From NCBI GenBank assembly GCA_043779205.1, contig JAYWEP010000105.1, forward strand, positions 7,231-71,230: 64,000 nt of DNA, given 5' to 3'. Of the stretch, positions 27,170-36,933 are shown in pieces. Every line of letters starts with the position of its first letter. The first letter of the stretch is position 1. This DNA comes from Chthoniobacter sp. (lineage in GTDB: Bacteria > Verrucomicrobiota > Verrucomicrobiia > Chthoniobacterales > Chthoniobacteraceae). The translations under genes and the position numbers were made by a program. The notes beneath the pieces were generated by a model. It had not been told where the DNA came from and did no database searches. It was given only the letters and a program-made list of their open reading frames with translations.

Positions 27170-28708
27170 TCATTTTCCACTCTTCGCCCCGCGAAGGCTG
27201 ATGGAATCGAGATCGAGCGCCTTTTGCGAAATGATCTCCGCATCCTTGAACACCCCGCCCAGCGTCGCGCGAAAACTCTCCGCCTGCCCCGCGATGACCA
27301 CGCACGTCCCCGCACTCTGCAAATGCTCGCGCGCGAATTTCCGCACCGCATCCGGCGCGACCGCGCGCACCTCGCCGGGGTAGGTGTTCAGCGTGCCCAG
27401 CGGCACATCCAGCACGGCCCAGCCCGCCAGCCGCGTGGCAAAGCCGTCATTCGTCTCCAGCGAGCGCCCATACTCGCCCGTCAGCGTGCTCGTCCGCGGC
27501 GTCAGCTCCTCCGCCGGCACCGGCTCCGCGCCGAGCCGGTCCAGCTCCGCGCGCATCAGCACCGCCACCTCCGGCCCCGCGGAGTTTTTCGTCTGCGCCA
27601 CGGCGATGAACGCCCCGCCCAGCCGCCGCGCGCCGAGATCGCTCGATGCGCCATAAGTCAGCCCGCGTTTCACCCGAATCTCCGCATTCAGCCGCGCGCT
27701 GTATCCGCCGCCCAGCACCGCGCTCGCCACCACACCCGGAAAATAATCCGCCGCCTTCCGCGCCACCGCCGTCTTCCCCACGACCACCGCGGCCTGCCCC
27801 GCATTCGGCATGTCGATGATGACCACACGCGGCTTCGCCGGTGCCTCCGCCACGCGCACCGCTGGCAGCGATGCGGCGGGCTTTTTCCAATCCCCGAAAA
27901 ACTGCTCCGCCCACGCGAAGCCCTGCTCCGCCGTCACGCTCCCCGCGAAAACCAGCACCGCATTGTCGGGCCGGAAGCAGGTCGCATGCAGCTTCGCGAG
28001 CTGCGCGCGGCTGAGATGCGCCACGCTTTTCGGCGTCCCGCTCAGCATGTGCCCGTACGGCCCGTCGCCGAAAATCACCCGCGCCGCCGCCGCCTTCGCG
28101 AGCGTGCCCGGCTCCTCCATTTTCACCCGCAGCTCATCCAGCGTCTCCGCCCGCAGCCGCTCCACCTCCGCCGCCGCGAGCACCGGCCGCCGCACCACGT
28201 CGCCCAGAATCTCCAGCGCCGCCGGGGCCTGCCCCGCCATCACCGTCAGCTTCGCCGCCGTCTCATCCCACCCCGCGCCCGTCTCGATCGTCCCGCCCAG
28301 CGCCTCGATGGCCTGCGCGATCTGCGGCGCACTCCGCTTCCCCGCGCCCCGCATGAGCAGCGTCGCCAGCATCTCCATCGCCCCCGCCCCGCCCGCCGGA
28401 TCGACCTCCCCGCCGCTCTTGATCACCAGATGCGCCGACAGAATCGGCAACCCCGCCCGCTCGACGACAATGACCCGCAGCCCGTTCGCCAGCGTTTTCT
28501 CCACCGGCTCCGGCAGCTTGATTTCATGCGGCTCGCCGGGCGGCGGCGGCGTCTGCACGCCTTCTTCTTCCGCAAAAGCGAAAGCTCCCGACAACAGCAC
28601 CAGCACCCAAAAACCGAGCGCCGCGCCGCGGCGCAACTGTAGGGGAAGCTGCCAGCTTCCCCTACAGTTGCGATCGCGCGCTTCCAGCCGATGACGGTGT
28701 TTTTTCAT
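27170..28708 (-). CDS. M16 family peptidase, non-catalytic subunit
   Basis: TLANGLRVIVVE, VLGGGYSARLNAEIRVKRGLTYGA; no HxxEH. The ATG directly follows the TAG of the upstream M16 gene. Confidence 0.9.
   Translation of the reverse strand: MKKHRHRLEARDRNCRGSWQLPLQLRRGAALGFWVLVLLSGAFAFAEEEGVQTPPPPGEPHEIKLPEPVEKTLANGLRVIVVERAGLPILSAHLVIKSGGEVDPAGGAGAMEMLATLLMRGAGKRSAPQIAQAIEALGGTIETGAGWDETAAKLTVMAGQAPAALEILGDVVRRPVLAAAEVERLRAETLDELRVKMEEPGTLAKAAAARVIFGDGPYGHMLSGTPKSVAHLSRAQLAKLHATCFRPDNAVLVFAGSVTAEQGFAWAEQFFGDWKKPAASLPAVRVAEAPAKPRVVIIDMPNAGQAAVVVGKTAVARKAADYFPGVVASAVLGGGYSARLNAEIRVKRGLTYGASSDLGARRLGGAFIAVAQTKNSAGPEVAVLMRAELDRLGAEPVPAEELTPRTSTLTGEYGRSLETNDGFATRLAGWAVLDVPLGTLNTYPGEVRAVAPDAVRKFAREHLQSAGTCVVIAGQAESFRATLGGVFKDAEIISQKALDLDSISLRGAKSGK
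28632..28672. repeat. Perfect 19-bp inverted repeat inside the signal-peptide coding region
   Basis: CGCAACTGTAGGGGAAGCT-GCC-AGCTTCCCCTACAGTTGCG. Confidence 0.95.
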
Positions 28709-30046
28709 CTACTTCTTCCCCCCCTTCATCGCTTCCGGCAGCCATTCCAGCACCATCCGATTCCGCTCCGTGAACGCCGCACTCACGGCCCGCTGCACCT
28801 GCGCCACCGTCACCTTCTGCAACCGCGCCAGATCCGTATTCACCCGCGTCGCATCGCCCAGCACCAGCACCGCATGCGCCAGCGCCGTCGCCTTTCCCTC
28901 GCACGTCTCGCGCTCATGCAGCCGCGCTGTCAGCAGGCGGTTCTTCGCCTTCGCCAACTCCGCCTCGCTCACCGGCTGCGCCGCGATTTTCCCGATCTCG
29001 TCAAAAAGCGCGCGCTCCACATCCGCAACCTTTTTCCCACTCGCCAGCACCACCTGAAACGCCAGCAGCCCCAGGTCTTCCCGCAAGTCCGCCGCAAACT
29101 CCACGCTCTGCGCCAGCCCCTTTTCGTACACGAGCTGCCGGTAGAGCCGCGACGAATCCCCACCCGCCAGAATCTCCTGCGCCACCTCCAGCGCCAGCGC
29201 CTCCTCACTCCGCGCCGCCGGCCCCAGATACGTCACCGCCACCGCCGGCAGCGGCACATTCGCATCGTACTCCGTCAGCCGCTGCGCCTGCGCCCGCGCC
29301 GGTTCTTTCACCGTCACCCGCGGCACCGGCGCGTCCGGTTTCGCGATGGCCCCAAAGTACTTATCCACCCACGCATCGAACTGCCCCGGCTCGAAATCGC
29401 CCACCACCACCAGCGTCGCATTATCCGGCCGGTAGTAGGTCGCGTGAAAAGCCCGCACATCCTCGATCGTCGCCGCATTCAGCTCCGGGATGTTCCCAAT
29501 CGTCGGACGCTTATACGGATGCTCCGCAAACGACTTCCTGATGATCTCCTCCCCAAACCGCCCGTACGGCTCCGCCTCCACCCGCTGCAAAAACTCCTGC
29601 TTCACCACCTCCCGCTCCGACCGGAAATTCTTCTCATCCACCTGCAGCGTCGCCATCCGCTCCGCCTCCGCCCACAGCAGCCGCTCCAGATGATTCGACG
29701 GCACCACCTCGTAATAAACCGTCACATCATCCGCCGTGTAGGCATTGTTGAAACCGCCCACATCCTCCGTCAGCCGGTCGATCATCTCCGGCTGCATATG
29801 CTTCGTCCCCTTGAACATGATGTGCTCGAAAAGATGCGCGAACCCGCTCCGCCCCTCCGGGTCATCCTTCGACCCGACGTGATACCACACATTGATCGCC
29901 ACCGTCGGCGTCCCCCGGTCCACCGCGCCATAAACCTCCAACCCATTCCCCAGCGTCCGATGCGAAAACTCCATCGCCGGAATCGCCACCGGCTCCACCC
30001 CGCGCAGCGTTAGCACGAGAAAAGGGAGGAGCAGCAGGCGGTGCAT
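28709..30046 (-). CDS. M16 family zinc peptidase (catalytic HxxEH subunit)
   Basis: WYHVGSKDDPEGRSGFAHLFEHIMFKGT; GFNNAYT. Confidence 0.95.
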   Translation of the reverse strand: MHRLLLLPFLVLTLRGVEPVAIPAMEFSHRTLGNGLEVYGAVDRGTPTVAINVWYHVGSKDDPEGRSGFAHLFEHIMFKGTKHMQPEMIDRLTEDVGGFNNAYTADDVTVYYEVVPSNHLERLLWAEAERMATLQVDEKNFRSEREVVKQEFLQRVEAEPYGRFGEEIIRKSFAEHPYKRPTIGNIPELNAATIEDVRAFHATYYRPDNATLVVVGDFEPGQFDAWVDKYFGAIAKPDAPVPRVTVKEPARAQAQRLTEYDANVPLPAVAVTYLGPAARSEEALALEVAQEILAGGDSSRLYRQLVYEKGLAQSVEFAADLREDLGLLAFQVVLASGKKVADVERALFDEIGKIAAQPVSEAELAKAKNRLLTARLHERETCEGKATALAHAVLVLGDATRVNTDLARLQKVTVAQVQRAVSAAFTERNRMVLEWLPEAMKGGKK

Positions 30047-30201
30047 GCGCCCTATAAATCCGGTTCTGCGTCCCCTCGCAAGATTCTTGGTCAGGGGATT
30101 TGGGGAACTGAGTCAGGAGTTGCAGCTTTAGTCCCGGCGCATGCTGCGCCGGCGGTAGGCGGTGGGTGGCGCAGGATGCGCCGCCGCTCCAACACCCACT
30201 C

Positions 30202-30709
30202 GGCGGGACGCCGACTAACTTCAAAGGAGCGGGAGGAGTGGTTGGGCCGCGCCGGGTCCGGTTCGGTTGGTTCCTGGTTAGTGGGGCGGCTGGCGCGACG
30301 GCTGCGCGCTACAGCATACAACGCGCGGTAAAGTAAAGTGCGCCGCCGCGGCCGGGGGGCGCGGCGGGGTCCCCCCTGGGGTGCCGCGGCGGTTGGTCCT
30401 CGGGGCGGCGCACTTTGCTTTACCGCTGTTGTATGCTGAGCGAGCACGGCTTTGGCCCGGCGGAATGATGGGCGGGCCAAAGCCGCGCGCAGCGGTTCGC
30501 GCAAGCAGCCGGCGTGACAGCCGCGCGGTTGGCGGAGCGGGCGGGGGTTGGGGTCCGGGCGCGGCCAGCAGGCAGCGTGACGCGCGAGGGCGCTGTTGGG
30601 CGAAGGCGGGCAGCGCGCTCGCGCGGCGCGATGCCTGCACGGCGGGCGGGCCGCTAACACTTGCGCGGCGGGACGCCGCCTAACTTAACGGGAGCGCGGT
30701 TAGTTAGAC
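30202..30709. other. Cluster of attC-like / imperfect palindromic elements, probably non-coding
   Basis: 127-bp imperfect hairpin at 30312-30438 (CAGCATACAAC...GTTGTATGCTG). GCCTAAC...GTTAGAC at 30678-30709 contains the stop codon of the adjacent gene. 30-nt direct repeat 30202-30231 / 30667-30696 (26/30 identical). Confidence 0.5.
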
Positions 30710-31843
30710 GCGGCGCTTCAAGACTAACCATCCAATCACGGCAAGAGTGGCGATTCCCACTAACCAAGGCCACACCGGCGACCCGCGCTCAACGACCGGC
30801 GCGGGACTTTCAGCGAATGTCGGATCTGGTGATGTAGGCGCGGGCGTTGCAGTTGCAACGGGCGTTATCGGCGCTGGTGTTGCTGCGGCTGGCGTCTCTG
30901 CGGGCTGTGGCTTTTCCGGCGGCTGCGACGTCGCTACCAATCGTCCTGAACCGTTTATTGCCGTCGGGATGAGTAAAGGTCTTTTTCCCTCGACCTGTGC
31001 AATTGCCGACTGGAACTGGACCGAGTAAATGCGCGCCTGCTCTGGCGGAAGTGTTGCCTCGATCTCTTGGAGTCGAGCTTTGAGTAGCGGCATGACAGAC
31101 GCAGCGGCAGGCCCGAGGGAGTTGATGGCTTCGATTGCCTTACGGTAATTGCTCAGCGCTTCATTTTCTCCGAAGACCCCGGTGCTTCCCGTAGTGCCAT
31201 CGGCGTTGAACGGAACACTAAGTACCTCCCGTAAAACGGGCACAACCTCCGGGATCAGCATTGCACTGGCTTTCATCGCCCACCGAATTCGGTTTTCGCG
31301 ATCCGGCTCTGCTAACACCTTTCGGCCCAAGTCACTCTTCTCGGTTGCGGTTAGTAGGCGATGCTGGAATAGGAGATCGTAGGCATAGCCAGCATCGTTT
31401 GTCAGATCAGCCAGGTGGGTTCGCAGTTCGGTCGCGAAAGACTCATCCGGCTTTGTATGATCGAGCAGGCTTCGGCATTGGTGAGCTAGTTCGCTCAAAG
31501 CTCGGTCACGACTAAAGGCGACTTTCAACAGATCTCTATTGTAAGGTGCGATCACCGCGGCGAACCGATCAATCAGTGCTCGGCGCTGCGGACTTGGATT
31601 TGCACCTTCACCGGATTCCATTTTATACACGCCATTTATCAGCTCGGATGTGGTGGCTTGCATGGCACGCGCCGTGTCCTTTGGCGAAGCGATTACATCG
31701 GTCTGTCCTGAGTTATAGGCTCTGATAATGTCGAGGTGGCGTTTAACCGATTCATCAATCGTTTCGCCGAAAGCCATGTGATTCATCAAGGCTATGCCCA
31801 AAAGAAGGAGTCCGCGGAATAACGATTTGAAGAACGTCGCCAT
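30704..31843 (-). CDS. Exported helical protein with Pro/Ala/Thr linker and C-terminal TM anchor (candidate immunity protein)
   Basis: Signal peptide MATFFKSLFRGLLLLGIAL; helical core; PAATPAPITP linker; WPWLVGIATLAVIGWLVLKRRV*. Starts 7 nt after the upstream stop; visibly lower GC. Confidence 0.75.
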   Translation of the reverse strand: MATFFKSLFRGLLLLGIALMNHMAFGETIDESVKRHLDIIRAYNSGQTDVIASPKDTARAMQATTSELINGVYKMESGEGANPSPQRRALIDRFAAVIAPYNRDLLKVAFSRDRALSELAHQCRSLLDHTKPDESFATELRTHLADLTNDAGYAYDLLFQHRLLTATEKSDLGRKVLAEPDRENRIRWAMKASAMLIPEVVPVLREVLSVPFNADGTTGSTGVFGENEALSNYRKAIEAINSLGPAAASVMPLLKARLQEIEATLPPEQARIYSVQFQSAIAQVEGKRPLLIPTAINGSGRLVATSQPPEKPQPAETPAAATPAPITPVATATPAPTSPDPTFAESPAPVVERGSPVWPWLVGIATLAVIGWLVLKRRV

Positions 31844-31850
31844 ACTAAAG

Positions 31851-34800
31851 CTAGTCGGTAATCTGATCCGTTCTTCCAACGTCAGGCCCATTCCCGTCGC
31901 CCAAACTTATTGGTCCCGGATAGTCATTTGCCCTTGCTGGCACTCGGTGAATGTCTTTGTAGGTTCCGTTTGATTGGATGACGATAATTTCGTAAGAAGG
32001 ATACCGGTCATGCTTGCCATCGAAGCCGATTGTCGGGCGGAGAGGATCATCGACAGCGACGCCAAACCATATTTTCCAATGAATGTCCGCAACGAAGGCG
32101 GTGTTGCCGGCTGCTCCCATTGCTCCGTCTTCGCCGCGAGCCTCCATTTCAAGTTCCGCTTCATGGCTGCGGCTTCTCTTTACTCGGTAATACGCCTCCA
32201 TCGTTAAGGGCGGTTTGCCGAACGAAGTGCGGTTTCCCGCTAGATTGCCGTAGCCGTATCGCTGCGACATTTCCGCCGGATTAACTGAAGCGGCTTTGTT
32301 GAAGTGCTCGGAAAGCGGAGCAGTCCATGCGTGGCGCTCGCTTACGATGTCAGGCGTGGCATGGAGTTCTTCGTAGGGTGTTACGACGATGGTCTGGCAT
32401 ACCCTGAATGGCGCATCGTTAAACCGGTCGGTTTCGCTCGAATAGGTATTTCTAAAACCGCGATTATCTCCCTTAGCGATCCAGCCCCCCAGATTGAAAG
32501 GACTTTCAGGTTCGGTCCAGTTGTAAGGGATGAAAGCTTTCACCTGAACCAAAAATTCGGACTGGACCACAGTGCATTTGAGCGAGTCGCCATCATACCA
32601 TTGACCGCCCAAGCCAACCTGCATCTTGATTTCCTCTCCTCCGCGAGACTGACTTTTCTTCAATCCCTGGAAGTAGAGCATCTTTTCTTGGGTAGCATCG
32701 AACTCGGTCTGCTCGCTCGTTACTTCCTGCGTCCGCGCTTCATCGCTGTAAATCTTGTAACGATCTCCAGGCGTGAACTTCAGTCGGGTTTTCCAACCGG
32801 CCTGTGCGCCACCGACCGCCCGGATGACCAGCTTCGTGACAGGGGTAACGTCCAGCCCATCGACCAAGCGGCGAACGGATACGTAGCCGCCATCGCCGAC
32901 ATCCTCCTTGGCGTCGGAAAGCTCGCCGCTCGCCGGATGGATCACGTCTAAGTCCACCGGCAGGAGGAGTAATGCGTGCGGGTTGGGATCCGTCTGAGCC
33001 TGCAGTCTGCCGATAGCGGCGAAGCATCGGGAGGCGTTGAACTGCTTGAGACTGAAATCACCGGCTGGCAGGTCGAGGATGGCGATGCTCTGGGGGCCGG
33101 TGGCTGGGCGCTGCCAGAGGAGTGTTTTGGGCAGCCATGTCACTGGAGACGGCGGGCCAATGGTGACGGGCGGTGGGGTTTGAAACACCTCGGCATCGAC
33201 GACGAGGTCGCCATTTCCATTGACCCATCCCGAGGAAGTTCCGGGAAAGCGGATCCCCTTTGCGTAAGCCTCCGGCAAGAGTGTCTTGAGGTGGCGGATA
33301 CTGATGCCGTCCCATAGCGCCACGAGATCAAGAGGATCCTTTGCGCTGGGATCCAATGGATTGAGCCGATAGCTGCCGAGCACCTTTCCGCCATCGCCAA
33401 CGGCCACAGGAAACAAACTGCCGAGTTGAGTCATGCTTGTGCCGCTCACAACCGCGTAGGCCCACGTCGTTGACAGACCTCCTTCATCCGCCGCAGTCTG
33501 ACCAGCGGAGTCTCCCGCAGAGCTGAATATCCATGGAGTATAGTAAGAATTCGATCCCGTTCCCCACCATGTTTGTGGGGCTCCAGTACCGGTAAACCAT
33601 CCATTCAATGTTTCACCATGTCCGGAAATGAGTGACGAATTGCCAAAATTGATGTAGCCCGTGAAATAGGCCTCGAACCAAAATCCGGACGGACCAGAGC
33701 CGATTTCACTAGGGTTCACACTGTCGTCTATAAAATACATCGACCATGTGGCGGCGTGTTCGTTGTATGGATGATTGAAATCGCCAGTGTTATACTGAGT
33801 CGTGCCGGCGATGGTTCCGCTGGCGTTGAGCGATTCCATAAATCTGTGGGCGTTCACTACGGCAGGATTACCTCCGTCGCCTAGAACCGTTTTTGGCAGA
33901 TCAATGCCGAAATCGGATGTCGGGCCTGGAGTGCCATTCGCCCAGACCACCGAATGATGGTTGGTGGTGTCGGAATAGGCAAAGGCAAGATGGTTGTTGT
34001 CGTCCAGTGCCACGAGGGAAATGGGCGCTTGAATAGGCGCTTGTGTCGTCGAACTGACATCCACTGCTGCATACATGATATGCGGCAAGTCATCCAGCGG
34101 CGGAGCGTCTTTTTTCGGACCGTTGGGGTTCGCGGGATCAACGGGTACAAGCGGGGCGTTCGGGTTCGAGTTGTTATTATACCGCTCGAGATTAGTTTGT
34201 TCGCCGCCATTAGACATATCCTGGGCATCGTTCGGGTTGAGCCGGTCAAGACCGTATAGGTTCTCCCACCAATCCGGAATCCCGTCGCCATCGCTATCCA
34301 GCCAGGCTGCGACATTCAGAGCCACGAGATTGGAGGATGCGGAGTGGCGCAGATCGGAGTCGGCACCGTAGATGTAGCGGATCCGGTAGGTGTGGATTTT
34401 GCCGAGGACGGGGTTTGGGTCAGAAAAATGCAGCACTTCGCTGGCATCAGCGGTATTCGCAGGGACGATGTCGATGGTCTGCCAGGCGGTTGCGCCGCTG
34501 AGCAGGCGCTCGATTTCAAATCCGCCATCGAGCGAGGCCAGCCCGAGTGGCCATTGCAGGTCGATCATTCCCGTTTGCTGATTGACCGCGCCGGTCAGGC
34601 CCGCCGGGGTGGGGAGCGCAAACCAGGTGATGAGGTCGGTCGTGTTATAGGGCGATTCCTCGCCGGTTTCCTCGTCGTACACCCAGTAATCCACGCCGTC
34701 GCGAACGGACGTGTCCACCAGAAACGAATAGGAGGAACTGGTCCAGACCGTGGCATCGGGAGCGAGTGAGGCCCAGGCGGTGGTGCTCCGCGCGTTGACG

Positions 34801-36680
34801 GGAAAGTCCGATCCATCGCGCTGGCGGAGGCGGAGGCGGGGGGCGGTGTCGAAGGCCCAGCGGGAAAGCGAAATGTTCAAGGCCAGCGGCTTGACTTTCG
34901 CCTGATAGCCGAAGTCGCGGACGTAGTTGGTCGTCGTGCCGGCATTCAAGGGCAGGCTCCAGTCCTGCCCGGCGACGGGGTTGGTCAGCGACCAATCGCC
35001 CAGCGGGCCGGTGTAGGGCAGGGTCAGCGTCCAGGTTTTCTCCACCGCCGCCCAAACCATGCCGGGATGCCACGCGTCGTCAAAGCTGAGGGTGGTCGGC
35101 GCGGAAGGGGCCATCTGGTAAGGCGTGCCATTCGGTGCTGTCAGGGTCAGTCCGGCGGCGGGTTCCGGCCCGGTTACTTTGAGGGTAAAGGTGAACTGCC
35201 CCGGCGTCCCCACGGGAGGTGTCCCGGCCGTTCCGCCGATGGGTGTCCAGCCATCGAGCACCCAGACCCGGCCTTGGGAAAACATCTCGGTTCCACCCGC
35301 GGTCTGCGCCATGAGGTTGAAAGGTTCCGCGGGATTCACCTGCGCGGTGACGGTGAAGTATCTGAGGAAATTCGGCGTGTGATCGGGGGCGTAGTCTTCG
35401 TAGCTCAGCACAGGGCGGACTGCCGCACTGCCCGGCGAGGTCGCGGAGAAAGAGCTGGGCTGCGCGACGGTGAAGGTCTGCGCGGCCCGTGTGCTGGCGA
35501 TGCCAAAGGTCATGGGCACCCGGCTGACCGCGGCGGGCGGCAGGGCGAGCGACCAGACCTTGGGCGTGGTGGAATTCGCAAGCGCCGAGGTCAGGGTAAA
35601 GGTGGGCGCGGTGGAGCCGTCGATGTTTCGCGTCAGCCAGAAACTGGCTCCGACGGCGATGGTTCCTGTGACCTTGGCCGCTCCGGCGGGAATGGTTTTC
35701 TGGCTGGCATTGACCGTGGCCGTGGAAAACGCGGCCCCCACCGCCGTCGGCCACACCGACATGACCGCCGCCACCTGCCCTGGAATCTGGTAGTGCAGCA
35801 CATACAGGTTATTCATCTCCGCGGCGGGCAGGTAAAAGGTGACGCTGGCGAGGGGATAGACCGCGTAGTCGTGGACCCAGGATGCGCCGCTGACATTGGT
35901 CTGGTTGAGCGGGGCTTTGGTGCCGTCGGAGCGGTCGGCGATGCTGAAATCGCCCGCGCCCAGCGGAGCCGAGCCGGTGAACCAGTGCAGCGGCACCTGC
36001 GTCCCGGTCGAGCCATTGCTATAGGTGCCAAAGGTGGAGTAACCCGAGGTGACCGGGCTCCAGCCGCCCGCCGGGCTCCCCGCGACCAGGGCGTGACCGA
36101 GGCGGGCCTCGGGGATGATGAAAGAGCGGGTGGGGATGCTGCCGAGCTGACGCCACGCCCCATTGCGGAGATCTTCACCCGGTCCCGGAGTGCCGGGGTG
36201 GTAGAATTCCTCATTGGCCGTCAGATCCACCAGCCACCAGTCGAAACACGCAAACGGCACTGCCGTGTACGCAGTATAAGTGTAAGTATAAGTGGTTCCT
36301 GGGTAGGTATAAACAACGGGCGTATAGACGTAAGTTGACTGTGTGTAGGCCGTCACCAGCACCGATCTCATCGTCGTATCGCCCACCACATTCGAGGCGG
36401 TCACGAAACCCATCGTCTGGGCAGATCCGGCAGTGATGGGATCCGCCGCCCGGACGCGCCATTTGAAGGAAAAATTATGCCCGGCCCGCTCCAGCGGCAC
36501 CTCAAAGCCAGCCAACCCGGCCGGCGCGCGCATCGTCGCGGGCGGGCCGCTCGGGTAATACACCGGGTACGAGTAACTGCTGTACTGACCGTGCATCCGC
36601 AGCGGAAAGAGGGCGGCGAGGAAAAGGCCGGCGGCGAGAAGCGGGAAGAAGCAGCGGTGGAGGGAGGTGGTCGTGTTCAT
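31851..36680 (-). CDS. 1609-aa secreted mosaic protein: repeats, FN3, DSDGDG Ca-binding motif, propeller-like repeats, DUF3238-like C-terminus (candidate polymorphic toxin)
   Basis: Signal peptide from MNTTTS; FN3-like LPTPAGL..IDLQW..FEIER..HTYRIRY; LDSDGDGIPDWWENLYGL; HALLLLPVD junction; tip VKAFIPYNW..KGDNRGF..HDRYPSYEI. Confidence 0.75.
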   Translation of the reverse strand: MNTTTSLHRCFFPLLAAGLFLAALFPLRMHGQYSSYSYPVYYPSGPPATMRAPAGLAGFEVPLERAGHNFSFKWRVRAADPITAGSAQTMGFVTASNVVGDTTMRSVLVTAYTQSTYVYTPVVYTYPGTTYTYTYTAYTAVPFACFDWWLVDLTANEEFYHPGTPGPGEDLRNGAWRQLGSIPTRSFIIPEARLGHALVAGSPAGGWSPVTSGYSTFGTYSNGSTGTQVPLHWFTGSAPLGAGDFSIADRSDGTKAPLNQTNVSGASWVHDYAVYPLASVTFYLPAAEMNNLYVLHYQIPGQVAAVMSVWPTAVGAAFSTATVNASQKTIPAGAAKVTGTIAVGASFWLTRNIDGSTAPTFTLTSALANSTTPKVWSLALPPAAVSRVPMTFGIASTRAAQTFTVAQPSSFSATSPGSAAVRPVLSYEDYAPDHTPNFLRYFTVTAQVNPAEPFNLMAQTAGGTEMFSQGRVWVLDGWTPIGGTAGTPPVGTPGQFTFTLKVTGPEPAAGLTLTAPNGTPYQMAPSAPTTLSFDDAWHPGMVWAAVEKTWTLTLPYTGPLGDWSLTNPVAGQDWSLPLNAGTTTNYVRDFGYQAKVKPLALNISLSRWAFDTAPRLRLRQRDGSDFPVNARSTTAWASLAPDATVWTSSSYSFLVDTSVRDGVDYWVYDEETGEESPYNTTDLITWFALPTPAGLTGAVNQQTGMIDLQWPLGLASLDGGFEIERLLSGATAWQTIDIVPANTADASEVLHFSDPNPVLGKIHTYRIRYIYGADSDLRHSASSNLVALNVAAWLDSDGDGIPDWWENLYGLDRLNPNDAQDMSNGGEQTNLERYNNNSNPNAPLVPVDPANPNGPKKDAPPLDDLPHIMYAAVDVSSTTQAPIQAPISLVALDDNNHLAFAYSDTTNHHSVVWANGTPGPTSDFGIDLPKTVLGDGGNPAVVNAHRFMESLNASGTIAGTTQYNTGDFNHPYNEHAATWSMYFIDDSVNPSEIGSGPSGFWFEAYFTGYINFGNSSLISGHGETLNGWFTGTGAPQTWWGTGSNSYYTPWIFSSAGDSAGQTAADEGGLSTTWAYAVVSGTSMTQLGSLFPVAVGDGGKVLGSYRLNPLDPSAKDPLDLVALWDGISIRHLKTLLPEAYAKGIRFPGTSSGWVNGNGDLVVDAEVFQTPPPVTIGPPSPVTWLPKTLLWQRPATGPQSIAILDLPAGDFSLKQFNASRCFAAIGRLQAQTDPNPHALLLLPVDLDVIHPASGELSDAKEDVGDGGYVSVRRLVDGLDVTPVTKLVIRAVGGAQAGWKTRLKFTPGDRYKIYSDEARTQEVTSEQTEFDATQEKMLYFQGLKKSQSRGGEEIKMQVGLGGQWYDGDSLKCTVVQSEFLVQVKAFIPYNWTEPESPFNLGGWIAKGDNRGFRNTYSSETDRFNDAPFRVCQTIVVTPYEELHATPDIVSERHAWTAPLSEHFNKAASVNPAEMSQRYGYGNLAGNRTSFGKPPLTMEAYYRVKRSRSHEAELEMEARGEDGAMGAAGNTAFVADIHWKIWFGVAVDDPLRPTIGFDGKHDRYPSYEIIVIQSNGTYKDIHRVPARANDYPGPISLGDGNGPDVGRTDQITD

Positions 36681-36933
36681 GGCTGGGGATGGGACGGGTT
36701 CATGGGTGCTGGCGGGAAAAGGCGGGAACAAGCCGGGGCGAAGGACAAAGCGGATGAAAAGACGCTCGCCGCCCGAAAGCGACAAAGGCGCGAGCGTCGC
36801 GAGGGGGCGGAGGGAAACCGGCTGGGACTCGATGTATGGGAGCACATGAGGACTAAACTAAACCACCAACTTTGCACGGGAGACGATTCACCGTATGACC
36901 GGCAATCTGTCAAATCTTTTTTTGCCCCTCGTG

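Noticed and set aside
30041-30683. Several short ORFs in the M16-to-partner gap
   Set aside because: Mutually overlapping, no motifs or codon bias, and dominated by hairpins; treated as non-coding.
36880-36913. TTGACA on the minus strand upstream of the giant secreted gene
   Set aside because: No convincing -10 hexamer at 16-18 nt spacing, so not called as a promoter.
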